From: Candidatus Pacearchaeota archaeon
Lineage (GTDB): Archaea > Nanobdellota > Nanobdellia > Pacearchaeales > GW2011-AR1
Reading direction: 5' to 3'
Assembly: GCA_018303825.1 (NCBI GenBank)
Contig: JAGVXK010000010.1
Coordinates: forward strand, 1 to 36,146
DNA: 36,146 bases
Below are positions 28,737 to 36,146 of the stretch, in pieces. How positions within the stretch are numbered: the stretch's first letter is position 1; each line of letters begins with the position of its first letter. The notes under the pieces were generated by a model that searched no databases, was not told where the DNA came from, and saw only the letters and a list, made by a program, of their open reading frames with translations. Made by a program: the position numbers and the translations under genes.

Positions 28737-29594
28737 TAAACAATCCGCCCCTACTTTTCAGCATTATTTTACACACAGATTTTTGGGTACAAACAATCAT
28801 TTGATTATTTGGAAAAGATTAAAAAGTAGTCATTAACCTAGAAACTATGGAAAAATGGAATACTTCATTGGTTATTGTTGGTCCATCAACTTCTGGTAAG
28901 ACTGAACTAGCATTTACAATTGCAGAGACATTAAGTGGGGAGGTTATTAATGCTGATAAATATTATCTTGTAAGAGGATTTCCAACTATGACTGGATTGC
29001 CTAATTTTTCTTCCCATCCTACAGTCAAATCTCATTTATATGCGGAACTTGACCCTACTGAAGACACACTTAATTTAGTAGATTATGCAAATAGAGTAAC
29101 TAGAATTGAATCTGAAATCAAAGGTAGGGGAAACCTTGAGATTATTGAAGGTTCTTATCATAGGTTTATTAGAAGTCTTTTAGATTCTGGAAGATCTTAT
29201 AATTGCATAGGAATTAAATGGTCTGGAAATTTAGAATCGCGAGTAAGAAAACGGGTTGAAGATGTAGTTTTTCATGAAGAACAAGGTATAGATGAAGTTA
29301 GACGAGGTCTAATGAATGGATGGCGTGATACTTATGTTATGAAGCATGGTTCTGCAATCCGCCCTATTGTTGAATACCTAGATGGAAAGATAAGTTTAGA
29401 TCTAGCAAAAGAAAAAATAGTTTATGAAGTTCTTGCAACTGCATACAAAGCATATAGAAAATTCTTAGAGTTTCCTGAAATAACTTGGCTAGAAAATAGT
29501 CCGGATCAATCAGAAAGATTGACGAGGGAAGTAATGGAATCAATTAGAAGAACAAATAATCATTAGGTTATATGTTTTAGGGGCAGGTTATTTA
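28737..29594. repeat. Imperfect 17-bp inverted repeats (28737-28753 and 29578-29594) flanking the IPT gene
   Basis: taaacaatccgccccta versus reverse complement taaataacctgccccta: 14 of 17 match and all three mismatches are C/T transitions. Confidence 0.4.
28847..29566 (+). CDS. Isopentenyl/dimethylallyltransferase, IPT/MiaA superfamily, short 239-aa form
   Basis: VIVGPSTSGKT P-loop, EVINAD, HLYAELDP, IIEGS, RVRKRVE, I.EYLDGKIS, C-terminal W; lacks the central insertion of about 310-aa MiaA proteins. Confidence 0.85.
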   Translation: MEKWNTSLVIVGPSTSGKTELAFTIAETLSGEVINADKYYLVRGFPTMTGLPNFSSHPTVKSHLYAELDPTEDTLNLVDYANRVTRIESEIKGRGNLEIIEGSYHRFIRSLLDSGRSYNCIGIKWSGNLESRVRKRVEDVVFHEEQGIDEVRRGLMNGWRDTYVMKHGSAIRPIVEYLDGKISLDLAKEKIVYEVLATAYKAYRKFLEFPEITWLENSPDQSERLTREVMESIRRTNNH

Positions 29595-29638
29595 GACCAA
29601 ATAACCCCTTAGTTTATTTATCCTTTAAAATAAAAAGT

Positions 29639-29964
29639 GTGAGTCGGGATTAGGCCAGATTCTGTCGAACTCTGTTCCATTTCTGGACAGACAGTTCGTG
29701 CTGACATCTGTCTATGCGTGCGGCTATGGCACTTGCATCAGCGAAGTCGCCCGTTTCATCCTTTCTCTTTCTTCTCAGATTCCCTCAAGGTTCATTTCTC
29801 TGAAAGAGCGGTGTCGTTTCTGTTGCGGAGCTCTCCCTCGCGAGAGCCTACTTTTCAATAGGTCGCTTCTTAATGATGTCCGGACCTTCCTCAGAAATAA
29901 AATTCATTTCTTTTGAACTTTTGCCAATTTAATGGCTATTTCCGTAGTCAGCTTCCCGACTCAC
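29639..29964 (-). ncRNA. rnpB: RNase P RNA
   Basis: P1 GTGAGTCGGGA/TCCCGACTCAC; P2 GCTGAC/GTCAGC; P4 AGG(U)CCGGA/TCTGGCCT with the bulged U; conserved GAGGAAGGTCC, GCAACAGAAAC, GATGAAAC, TAGACAGAT, ACAGAA. Confidence 0.95.
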
Positions 29965-29985
29965 GAAAACAATTATTTATTCTGC

Positions 29986-29993
29986 CTTATAAG
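29986..29993 (-). promoter_or_regulatory. TATA box of rnpB (CTTATAAG)
   Basis: Located 22-29 nt upstream of the RNA 5' end, with a purine-rich BRE-like AAAAGG before it. A divergent TTTATAAG lies at 30027-30034. Confidence 0.6.
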
Positions 29994-30043
29994 CCTTTTG
30001 GTTATATATCTTGGAAAATAATGATATTTATAAGCTCACCATA

Positions 30044-30889
30044 ATGGAAAGATTAATGAAAAAGATTCTTTTTTCCGGATTGGCAGCCTTGTTGGTATCT
30101 GCTTGTGTTTCTGCCCAAGAGCTAAAGGTTGCAGTTTATGGAGATAATAGAGAAGGAACGAATATACACAGTAAAATTATTTCAAAAATTAATGAATATA
30201 ATCCAAGGGATGTTTTTAATACTGGTGATGCTGTTAAATATGGAAGAAGACATGAATGGAGAGCCTTCAATGAAGCTATTTTTCCAATAGATGATGTTGA
30301 CACTGACTATCATCTTGCCTTTGGGAATCATGACAAAAATAAATCTCTTTTTGGTGAACAACAGGGCCCATTAGAAAGATTTTGGCATCTCCCAGAGAAA
30401 CCAACTTTTTATTCTTTTGACAGGGGCAGAACGCATTTTATCATTCTGGATACTAACATTATTTCAGAAGGCAAAAAGCAGGAGCAATGGCTGGAAAAAG
30501 ATTTGAAAGAAAATAATAGCAAGGATTATATCTTTGTTTTTATGCATCACCCCCCAATAGGAGACGATGAACATGGAAAAAGGGATGATAAGTACACAGA
30601 CTTATCAATAAGATTTGCAGAAGTTCTTAGAAAATATCATCCAAGTGCTGTTTTTACAGGTCATCAGCATCATTACAGAAAGCTAGATGTTAATGGAGTT
30701 ACATACATAATCACCGGTGGTGGTGGGGCACCACTAAGAGTTAGAGTGCCTCAGGAAGTGGATGAAGGCAGCACAAGAACTAATCATTATGTCCTAGGAA
30801 AAATAGATAGAAATGCCCAGTTCAGGGTTCTTGGCTTGAATGATAGACTTATTGATAGTTTCTCAATTGAAAAAAGAAATGTTAAATAA
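30044..30889 (+). CDS. Exported calcineurin-like metallophosphoesterase (purple acid phosphatase-like)
   Basis: Signal peptide with VSA-C lipobox-like motif; GDNR, TGD, GNHD, HHP, GHQH metal ligands. Start is ATG 30044 or 30056. Confidence 0.88.
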   Translation: MERLMKKILFSGLAALLVSACVSAQELKVAVYGDNREGTNIHSKIISKINEYNPRDVFNTGDAVKYGRRHEWRAFNEAIFPIDDVDTDYHLAFGNHDKNKSLFGEQQGPLERFWHLPEKPTFYSFDRGRTHFIILDTNIISEGKKQEQWLEKDLKENNSKDYIFVFMHHPPIGDDEHGKRDDKYTDLSIRFAEVLRKYHPSAVFTGHQHHYRKLDVNGVTYIITGGGGAPLRVRVPQEVDEGSTRTNHYVLGKIDRNAQFRVLGLNDRLIDSFSIEKRNVK

Positions 30890-30937
30890 AGCAATACTTT
30901 TAATCAATTAAATTATAGACTAATGTGATTAACTTGA

Positions 30938-31135
30938 TTATGCTTTCTTAAACTTCGTAATTTCAGGCAGCATGTCTGCATGCCCTAACAAAGCAGCCCT
31001 GCAGCAATATCTCTCAACTTTAAGCTCATCAAGGACCTTTCCAGGGTCTTCCCCAGCTTCTACTCTTTTCTTATATTCATCCCAGAGCTGGCCTATCGGC
31101 TTGCCACAGCCGAAGCATCTAATTGGTATGATCAT
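30938..31135 (-). CDS. rpoN: DNA-directed RNA polymerase subunit N (Rpo10)
   Basis: [14 protein letters not shown] ... RYCCR zinc-binding signature. Confidence 0.97.
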   Translation of the reverse strand: MIIPIRCFGCGKPIGQLWDEYKKRVEAGEDPGKVLDELKVERYCCRAALLGHADMLPEITKFKKA

Positions 31136-31189
31136 ATTATTTGTTGTTTTTGATGATTTTTAAACCTTACTAAGCTGTTCAATTATCAA

Positions 31190-31230
31190 ACTTAACATTG
31201 TTGACAGTTACTTAACATTGTTGACAGTTA
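31190..31230. repeat. Perfect 20-bp tandem duplication in the rpoN/ABC divergent spacer
   Basis: cttaacattgttgacagtta at 31191-31210 and 31211-31230; the preceding a at 31190 also matches. Confidence 0.95.
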
Positions 31231-31320
31231 TATTCTCCTTCAGTAAGTTAGGTTTAATGGAAAAATTCATTATTTTTATACATTATTATGTGATTTGTTC
31301 TCCTAAATCTTTTCAATAAA

Positions 31321-31348
31321 ATGTTAAGATTTAAAGTTTACTTAACAT
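31321..31348. promoter_or_regulatory. 8-bp inverted repeat bracketing a TTTAAA box upstream of the ABC ATPase
   Basis: atgttaag-(atttaaagttta)-cttaacat; the same 8-mer begins each unit of the 20-bp tandem repeat. Confidence 0.5.
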
Positions 31349-31381
31349 AAGCAGAAAGTTTATTAATTAACCTTATCAATT

Positions 31382-32104
31382 ATGACTATGAATCCCGGAT
31401 TGATAGAATTGAAAGAAGTGGCAAAGTATTATCACATGGGAGAAAGCATAGTGAAAGCTGTTGATGGAATGAATATAAAAGTTCATGATGGAGACTTTGT
31501 AGCAATTATGGGGTCTTCCGGAAGCGGGAAATCAACGGCCATGAACCTTGTTGGTTCTCTTGATCTGGCAACTAAAGGAGATATCTATCTTGATGGAATA
31601 AACATTGAAACCCTTGATGAATCAGACCTGGCACAGATAAGAGGAAAAAAGATTGGATTCATCTTCCAGCAGTTTAATTTAATTCCTAATCTGACAGCAA
31701 AGGAAAACGTAATGCTTCCGATGATGTTCCAAGGAGTTTCAGCCGATGATAGAAGTTCAAGAGCTGAAAAATTGCTTAAATTAGTCGAATTAAGCGACAG
31801 AATGGACCATTATCCTGGACAGCTATCTGGAGGAGAACAACAAAGAGTCGCAATTGCCCGTGCTCTTGCCAATGACCCTGATGTTATACTTGCGGATGAG
31901 CCAACCGGCAATTTAGATACAAAAACTGGAGAAAAGGTAATGGCTTTTCTTGAAGATTTTAATAAAAAAGGAAAAACAATTATTATGGTCACCCATGATC
32001 CAAAACTTGCGCATGAGCATGCAAAGATTATATATCAAATTAAGGACGGGAAAGTAGAAAGGAAATTAAAGAAAGTCAATAAGAAATGGAAGCCATTTAG
32101 ATAA
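31382..32104 (+). CDS. ABC transporter ATP-binding protein (LolD/MacB/SalX-like)
   Basis: [47 protein letters not shown]. Confidence 0.95.
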   Translation: MTMNPGLIELKEVAKYYHMGESIVKAVDGMNIKVHDGDFVAIMGSSGSGKSTAMNLVGSLDLATKGDIYLDGINIETLDESDLAQIRGKKIGFIFQQFNLIPNLTAKENVMLPMMFQGVSADDRSSRAEKLLKLVELSDRMDHYPGQLSGGEQQRVAIARALANDPDVILADEPTGNLDTKTGEKVMAFLEDFNKKGKTIIMVTHDPKLAHEHAKIIYQIKDGKVERKLKKVNKKWKPFR

Positions 32105-32338
32105 TGTTCAGATTTGCCGATTATATGGTTATTAAATAAGCCATACTTTATAAATGTCGTTGTTAGGAATAAGTTTTCTGAGCATTTATTACTCTTTAAA
32201 GTCTTTTCGGCGCTCGGTGATGTCAAAGATTCGGATGGTAAACTCGCAAAGAAATAAATCAAAATAACAAAAAGAAGAGATAGTTTTCAACAAGATTTAA
32301 TAAAGCTGGAAAGGTACATCATATTATAGCTCAATAAG

Positions 32339-33559
32339 ATGATAAAAGATTACATTATTTTAGCATTTAGAAATCTGAAAAGGCGCGGACTAAGAAGCTA
32401 CCTTACTCTTCTGGGAATTTTTATAGGGATTGCTGTTGTTGTAGCTCTAATTGGTCTTGGAGACGGATTGAGAATGGCTGTTAATTCCCAGTTTGGTGTC
32501 TCCACTACTCAGGTTTTAACTGTTCAGGCAGGAGGTCTTTCCGGCTATGGTCTTCCAGGAACAGGGGTTGTTAATTCTTTAACTAAAGATGATGTTACAG
32601 CGATAGAAAAAATCAGCGGTGTTGAGATAGCAATTCCAAGAAATATAGAAACTGTTAAGGTGGAATTCAACAAAAAATTAATTGTCGGATATGCTGCTTC
32701 ATTGCCGAAGGGCGAAGATAGAGAAGCGATTTATGAAACCCTGGATTTGACAATTCAGTACGGGCAAAATCTGAAAGATTCTGACACATTTATGGTTGTT
32801 TTGGGGAATGATTTTAGCCAAAAAGAAAAGAGTGGTTTTGACAAGGCTGTTAAGGTAGGAGATAAGCTGATAATTCAAGGAAAGGAATTCAGGGTAGCTG
32901 GAATGATGGAGAAAAAAGGAAGCTTTATCCTTGACAGGGTAATTCTAATGGATGAGGATGAATTAAGAAGCATAACAACCAATGATGAAAACGTCGACAT
33001 AATAGCTGTCAAGGTAAGAAACAAGGATGACATAGAAAAGGTAAAATCAGATATAGAAAATTTGTTAAGGGAAAGAAGAAATGTAAAAAAAGGCGAGGAG
33101 GATTTTCAAGTTTCAACTCCACAGGCGATGCTTACGACTGTCAACCAGGTTCTTCTCGGAGTTCAGATATTCATAGTCATAATAGCTCTAATCTCAATTA
33201 TAGTTGGAGCGATAGGAATTGTCAATACAATGACTACTTCTGTCCTGGAAAGGAAAAAGGAAATCGGCATAATGAAAGCAATAGGCGCAAGAAACAGCGA
33301 TATCTTCCTGCAATTTTTGATTGAAGCCGGTCTTTTAGGCCTTCTTGGCGGCTTTCTTGGCATTATCTTCGGCAGTCTTATCAGTTATCTTGGGGTTAAT
33401 GGGATAAACTCTTTTATTGGAAGCACAATAAGGCCAAAGATTGATTTTATGCTCATTGGATTTTCTTTATTGGGCAGTTTTCTTGTCGGAGCAGTTTCTG
33501 GGCTAACTCCCGCAATGAGAGCTGCAAGACTAAGACCAGTGGAGGTTTTGAGACAATGA
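32339..33559 (+). CDS. ABC transporter permease (MacB/FtsX/SalY family)
   Basis: R.YLTLLGIFIG, large extracytoplasmic domain, VLERKKEIGIMKAIGA, PAMRAARLRPVEVLR. Confidence 0.93.
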   Translation: MIKDYIILAFRNLKRRGLRSYLTLLGIFIGIAVVVALIGLGDGLRMAVNSQFGVSTTQVLTVQAGGLSGYGLPGTGVVNSLTKDDVTAIEKISGVEIAIPRNIETVKVEFNKKLIVGYAASLPKGEDREAIYETLDLTIQYGQNLKDSDTFMVVLGNDFSQKEKSGFDKAVKVGDKLIIQGKEFRVAGMMEKKGSFILDRVILMDEDELRSITTNDENVDIIAVKVRNKDDIEKVKSDIENLLRERRNVKKGEEDFQVSTPQAMLTTVNQVLLGVQIFIVIIALISIIVGAIGIVNTMTTSVLERKKEIGIMKAIGARNSDIFLQFLIEAGLLGLLGGFLGIIFGSLISYLGVNGINSFIGSTIRPKIDFMLIGFSLLGSFLVGAVSGLTPAMRAARLRPVEVLRQ

Positions 33560-34764
33560 TCCGAAAAGAGATAATAAATTACTCTTTGAGAAATCTTGTT
33601 CATAAAAAATCAAGAAGCATTTTAACAATATTTTCCATTCTCATTGGAATCACAGCAATATTTATTTTTATCAGTTTTGGTCTTGGTCTTTATAACTATG
33701 TAAATGATTTCAAGACTTCTTCTTCTGCAGACAAGATAACAGTCATGCCAAAAGGGATGAGCGCCCCAGGAATGGATGAAAGTTTTGCTCTCACTGATAA
33801 AGATATTTCTGCAATCGAAAAAACATCTGGTGTTTACCAGGCAACAGGATTGTATTCAAAAGTTGCTGAAGTAAAACAAAGCAGCATAATAAGGTATGTT
33901 TTTCTTTTAGGTTTTGACCCTGATAAGCCATTGATAATGGAGCTATCCAACGTTAAGGTAATCGAAGGAAGAATGTTAAAGTCAGGGGATGATGGCAAAG
34001 TAATCTTGGGATACAACTATAGGATTGAAAACAAGATATTTTCAAAAGCTTATTCTTTGAACGATGAAATAGAAATCCAAGGGAAGAAATTAAAGATAAT
34101 TGGATTTATGCAGGAAGTTGGCTCTCCACAAGACGATTCCCAGATTTATACTACAACTGATTTTCTTCCAAGTTTATATCCGGTAGCAAAAGTTAACTAC
34201 GCGATGGCCGTAGCAAGAGTAGATATTTCAAATATAAAACAAGTTGTGGAAAATGTCGAAAAGGAATTAAGAAAAGAACGAGGATTGGAAGAAGGAAAGG
34301 AAGATTTCTTTGTCCAATCATTCCAGGAAATGCTTGATACCTATGCAACTGCCTTAAATGTAATTATTTATTTTGTTGTTTTGATTGCTCTTGTTTCTGT
34401 TATTGTTTCTGCCATTAATACTGCAAATACTATGGTTACCTCTGTCTTAGAAAGAGTAAAGGAAATCGGAGTAATTAAGTCAATCGGAGCAAGGAACTCT
34501 GAGATATTCTTTATTTTCCTGTTTGAATCTGGATTTTTAGGTTTTGTCGGAGGAGTTATCGGAGTAATCATCGGATTTAACTTTACCCTTGTTACCGGAG
34601 CGTTCTTGGCAAAACTTGGGTGGTCCTTTCTTGCTCCTAGTTATTCCGTTTATCTTTTCCTGGGTTGCATTTTATTTGCAACATTAACAGGAGCCATCTC
34701 AGGCGCTGTTCCGGCCTATCAAGCCTCAAAGATTCGTCCCGTTGATGCATTAAGATACGAATAA
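33556..34764 (+). CDS. Second ABC transporter permease (MacB/FtsX/SalY family)
   Basis: RSILTIFSILIG, VLERVKEIGVIKSIGA, PAYQASKIRPVDALRYE; GTGA/ATGA-type overlap with the previous gene. Confidence 0.93.
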   Translation: MIRKEIINYSLRNLVHKKSRSILTIFSILIGITAIFIFISFGLGLYNYVNDFKTSSSADKITVMPKGMSAPGMDESFALTDKDISAIEKTSGVYQATGLYSKVAEVKQSSIIRYVFLLGFDPDKPLIMELSNVKVIEGRMLKSGDDGKVILGYNYRIENKIFSKAYSLNDEIEIQGKKLKIIGFMQEVGSPQDDSQIYTTTDFLPSLYPVAKVNYAMAVARVDISNIKQVVENVEKELRKERGLEEGKEDFFVQSFQEMLDTYATALNVIIYFVVLIALVSVIVSAINTANTMVTSVLERVKEIGVIKSIGARNSEIFFIFLFESGFLGFVGGVIGVIIGFNFTLVTGAFLAKLGWSFLAPSYSVYLFLGCILFATLTGAISGAVPAYQASKIRPVDALRYE

Positions 34765-34776
34765 AATTTAAAGGAG

Positions 34777-34995
34777 TTAAGAGTAAACACCATATTCTAG
34801 TCTTCCTATCAAATCAGAAATATCTTTTTGTCTTCCTTTTATGCAGAACTCGTATGGGGTTTCGTTCCCAAGGCCAAGAACTGGAGAATTGAACCATCTC
34901 TCGCATTCATCTTTATCTCCAAGAAACTCAATTGCTCTATTCAATAATTCTTTTCCGGCAACCTTTTTGATTTTAGTTATAAAATAATATTTCAT
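34777..34995 (-). CDS. Xre/MbcA/ParS antitoxin C-terminal domain protein (DUF2384-like), 72 aa
   Basis: RAIEFLGD...ERWFNSP..GLGNETP...G....LIGRLEYGVYS family signature. Confidence 0.8.
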   Translation of the reverse strand: MKYYFITKIKKVAGKELLNRAIEFLGDKDECERWFNSPVLGLGNETPYEFCIKGRQKDISDLIGRLEYGVYS

Positions 34996-35048
34996 AACAA
35001 GTGAAAGATTATCTAATATATAAACTAGATCGAGGCATGCTATCATAA

Positions 35049-35924
35049 TTAACGAAGTCTTTTCAGATGATCAATTTTCTTCTGCTTCTGCCTTCTTCTG
35101 TGCCAGAATATTCCAACAACTGCAAGAATTATAATGATAAGAATGACTAATCCAGTATAGCTTTTCTTATCTTTAACTCTTCCCTCGAAATCACTTGGAT
35201 TAAACATAACACTCTTTTTTATCTGATGCCTTATGTTTACCTTATCATTGTACGAAATCATTAGGCTAATTTGTCCTGCCCTTGGAATAGCTTCAAAAGT
35301 AAAGGTGGTATCATCATTCTTATCTAAGCTTCCAACAATGTTCCTTCTACTTCCTTTGATGTCTAAATTTGTCTGAACCGGAACATCAATTGTCAAGGCT
35401 TCAATATCATTGTCTCCAACATTCAGAATTTCAAAAGTAATTATGTTTGTTTTTGCATCATAATCTTTAACAGATACTTCAAAATCTGTTGTAGTATCTT
35501 TAACTTCAATATCAAAATTCTTGCTGAGAGATACAGGATTTTGTGTTCCGGCATTATATGCATAACCTATTTCTAAAGTATTATTCCCATTCAATGCATT
35601 CTTATTAACTATGACTTTGTATGGTATAATCCACTGATTCTTGTAATCAGAATAATAAGTTCCTGTTTTTATTGTATTAATGGCACTTGTTCCAGGGTCA
35701 AGGGAAAATGGGAATTTCTGCACTAATTCAAAGCTTGCCATTCCGCATTCTGGGCTTTCAACCCCAGAAACCTGGAAAACTAATTTTACATATTCCCCCG
35801 GGATTGCAGGATATGGGTCTTGGCTAACAAGCTTTGCACCCAAAACACAGGAAGCACTGGCAAAACCAATCAATGTTATTAACAACGCCATTGATGTAAT
35901 AAGTAATGTTATTTTATTCTTCAT
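35049..35924 (-). CDS. COG1361-like S-layer/cell-surface protein with signal peptide and C-terminal TM anchor
   Basis: N-terminal signal, QDPYPAIPGEYVKL.F, ILNVG..D, C-terminal hydrophobic helix plus RRRQKQKK; neighbours a SalXY-type ABC transporter. Confidence 0.72.
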   Translation of the reverse strand: MKNKITLLITSMALLITLIGFASASCVLGAKLVSQDPYPAIPGEYVKLVFQVSGVESPECGMASFELVQKFPFSLDPGTSAINTIKTGTYYSDYKNQWIIPYKVIVNKNALNGNNTLEIGYAYNAGTQNPVSLSKNFDIEVKDTTTDFEVSVKDYDAKTNIITFEILNVGDNDIEALTIDVPVQTNLDIKGSRRNIVGSLDKNDDTTFTFEAIPRAGQISLMISYNDKVNIRHQIKKSVMFNPSDFEGRVKDKKSYTGLVILIIIILAVVGIFWHRRRQKQKKIDHLKRLR

Positions 35925-36023
35925 GGTTATCCATATTCTCTATGCTTTAAAAACCTTTTTCTAAATATATCAAAATATATCATTTTTGCATAAGCTCTCT
36001 CTGATTTAAATGTTAGCAAGAAA

Positions 36024-36113
36024 TCCGTTAAGCTTTAGCTAACGGACGAATTGCGTACTTATTTATTCTAAAAAATATTACTTTCAGGGAGAGTTTGTTG
36101 CAACTCCCTGAAA
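36024..36113. other. Two GC-richer hairpins in the terminal intergenic region
   Basis: tccgtta(a)gc-ttta-gctaacgga (36024-36046) and tttcagggag-N12-ctccctgaaa (36082-36113). Confidence 0.45.
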
Positions 36114-36146
36114 AATAAACAGATGTAGTTGTAACTTTCTCGAACT

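Noticed and set aside
29698-29916. 72-aa ORF
   Set aside because: Lies wholly within the RNase P RNA gene on the opposite strand.
31190-31230. Possible CRISPR array
   Set aside because: Only two abutting 20-bp units with no spacer, and no cas genes in the window.
32105-32338. Open frame continuing about 50 codons past the ABC ATPase TAA, and short ORFs in the gap
   Set aside because: The ATPase is already complete, there is no recoding signal or recognisable domain, and such open frames arise by chance.
1-36146. Diversity-generating retroelement, integrase or transposase
   Set aside because: No reverse transcriptase, recombinase or transposase ORF and no TR/VR-like repeat pair were seen in this window.

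Overview
Low-GC archaeal chromosome segment, most likely from a DPANN/Nanoarchaeota (Pacearchaeota-like) lineage. That taxonomy is inferred from archaeal Rpo10, AglB, Rpp21, TATA-type promoters, G37 in tRNA-Phe and a 5S rRNA with no 16S/23S beside it. (1) 1-20 kb: a large protein N-glycosylation/surface-glycan cluster. It holds RmlB, an SDR epimerase, a FemAB-like transferase, a polysaccharide deacetylase, an AlgD-like GDP-mannose dehydrogenase, WecB, six GT2/GT4 enzymes, a GT-C, a flippase, AglH-like GPT and AglB. A methyltransferase in it is frameshifted at a G9 tract. (2) 20-26 kb: SpoIIM-like membrane protein, RbgA/YlqF-like GTPase, a bacterial-type acetate kinase + phosphoketolase pair and a YdeN-type hydrolase next to tRNA-Leu(CAA). 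(3) 26-31 kb: a stable-RNA-rich region not shown in the ORF track, with tRNA-Leu, 5S rRNA, tRNA-Phe and RNase P RNA alongside cmk, rnp4 and rpoN. Accessory genes are interleaved, including a short IPT/MiaA-family prenyltransferase and two lipobox proteins. (4) 31-36 kb: a MacB/LolCDE-type ABC transporter, an orphan Xre/MbcA/ParS antitoxin domain and a COG1361-like surface protein. Top leads: an adenylate-type (cytokinin-synthase-like) isopentenyltransferase in an archaeon; an RNase P RNA whose hand-derived fold fits none of the described archaeal types A, M or T; and a candidate poly-G phase-variation switch in a glycan methyltransferase. All family calls come from motif recognition by eye; no database searches were run.
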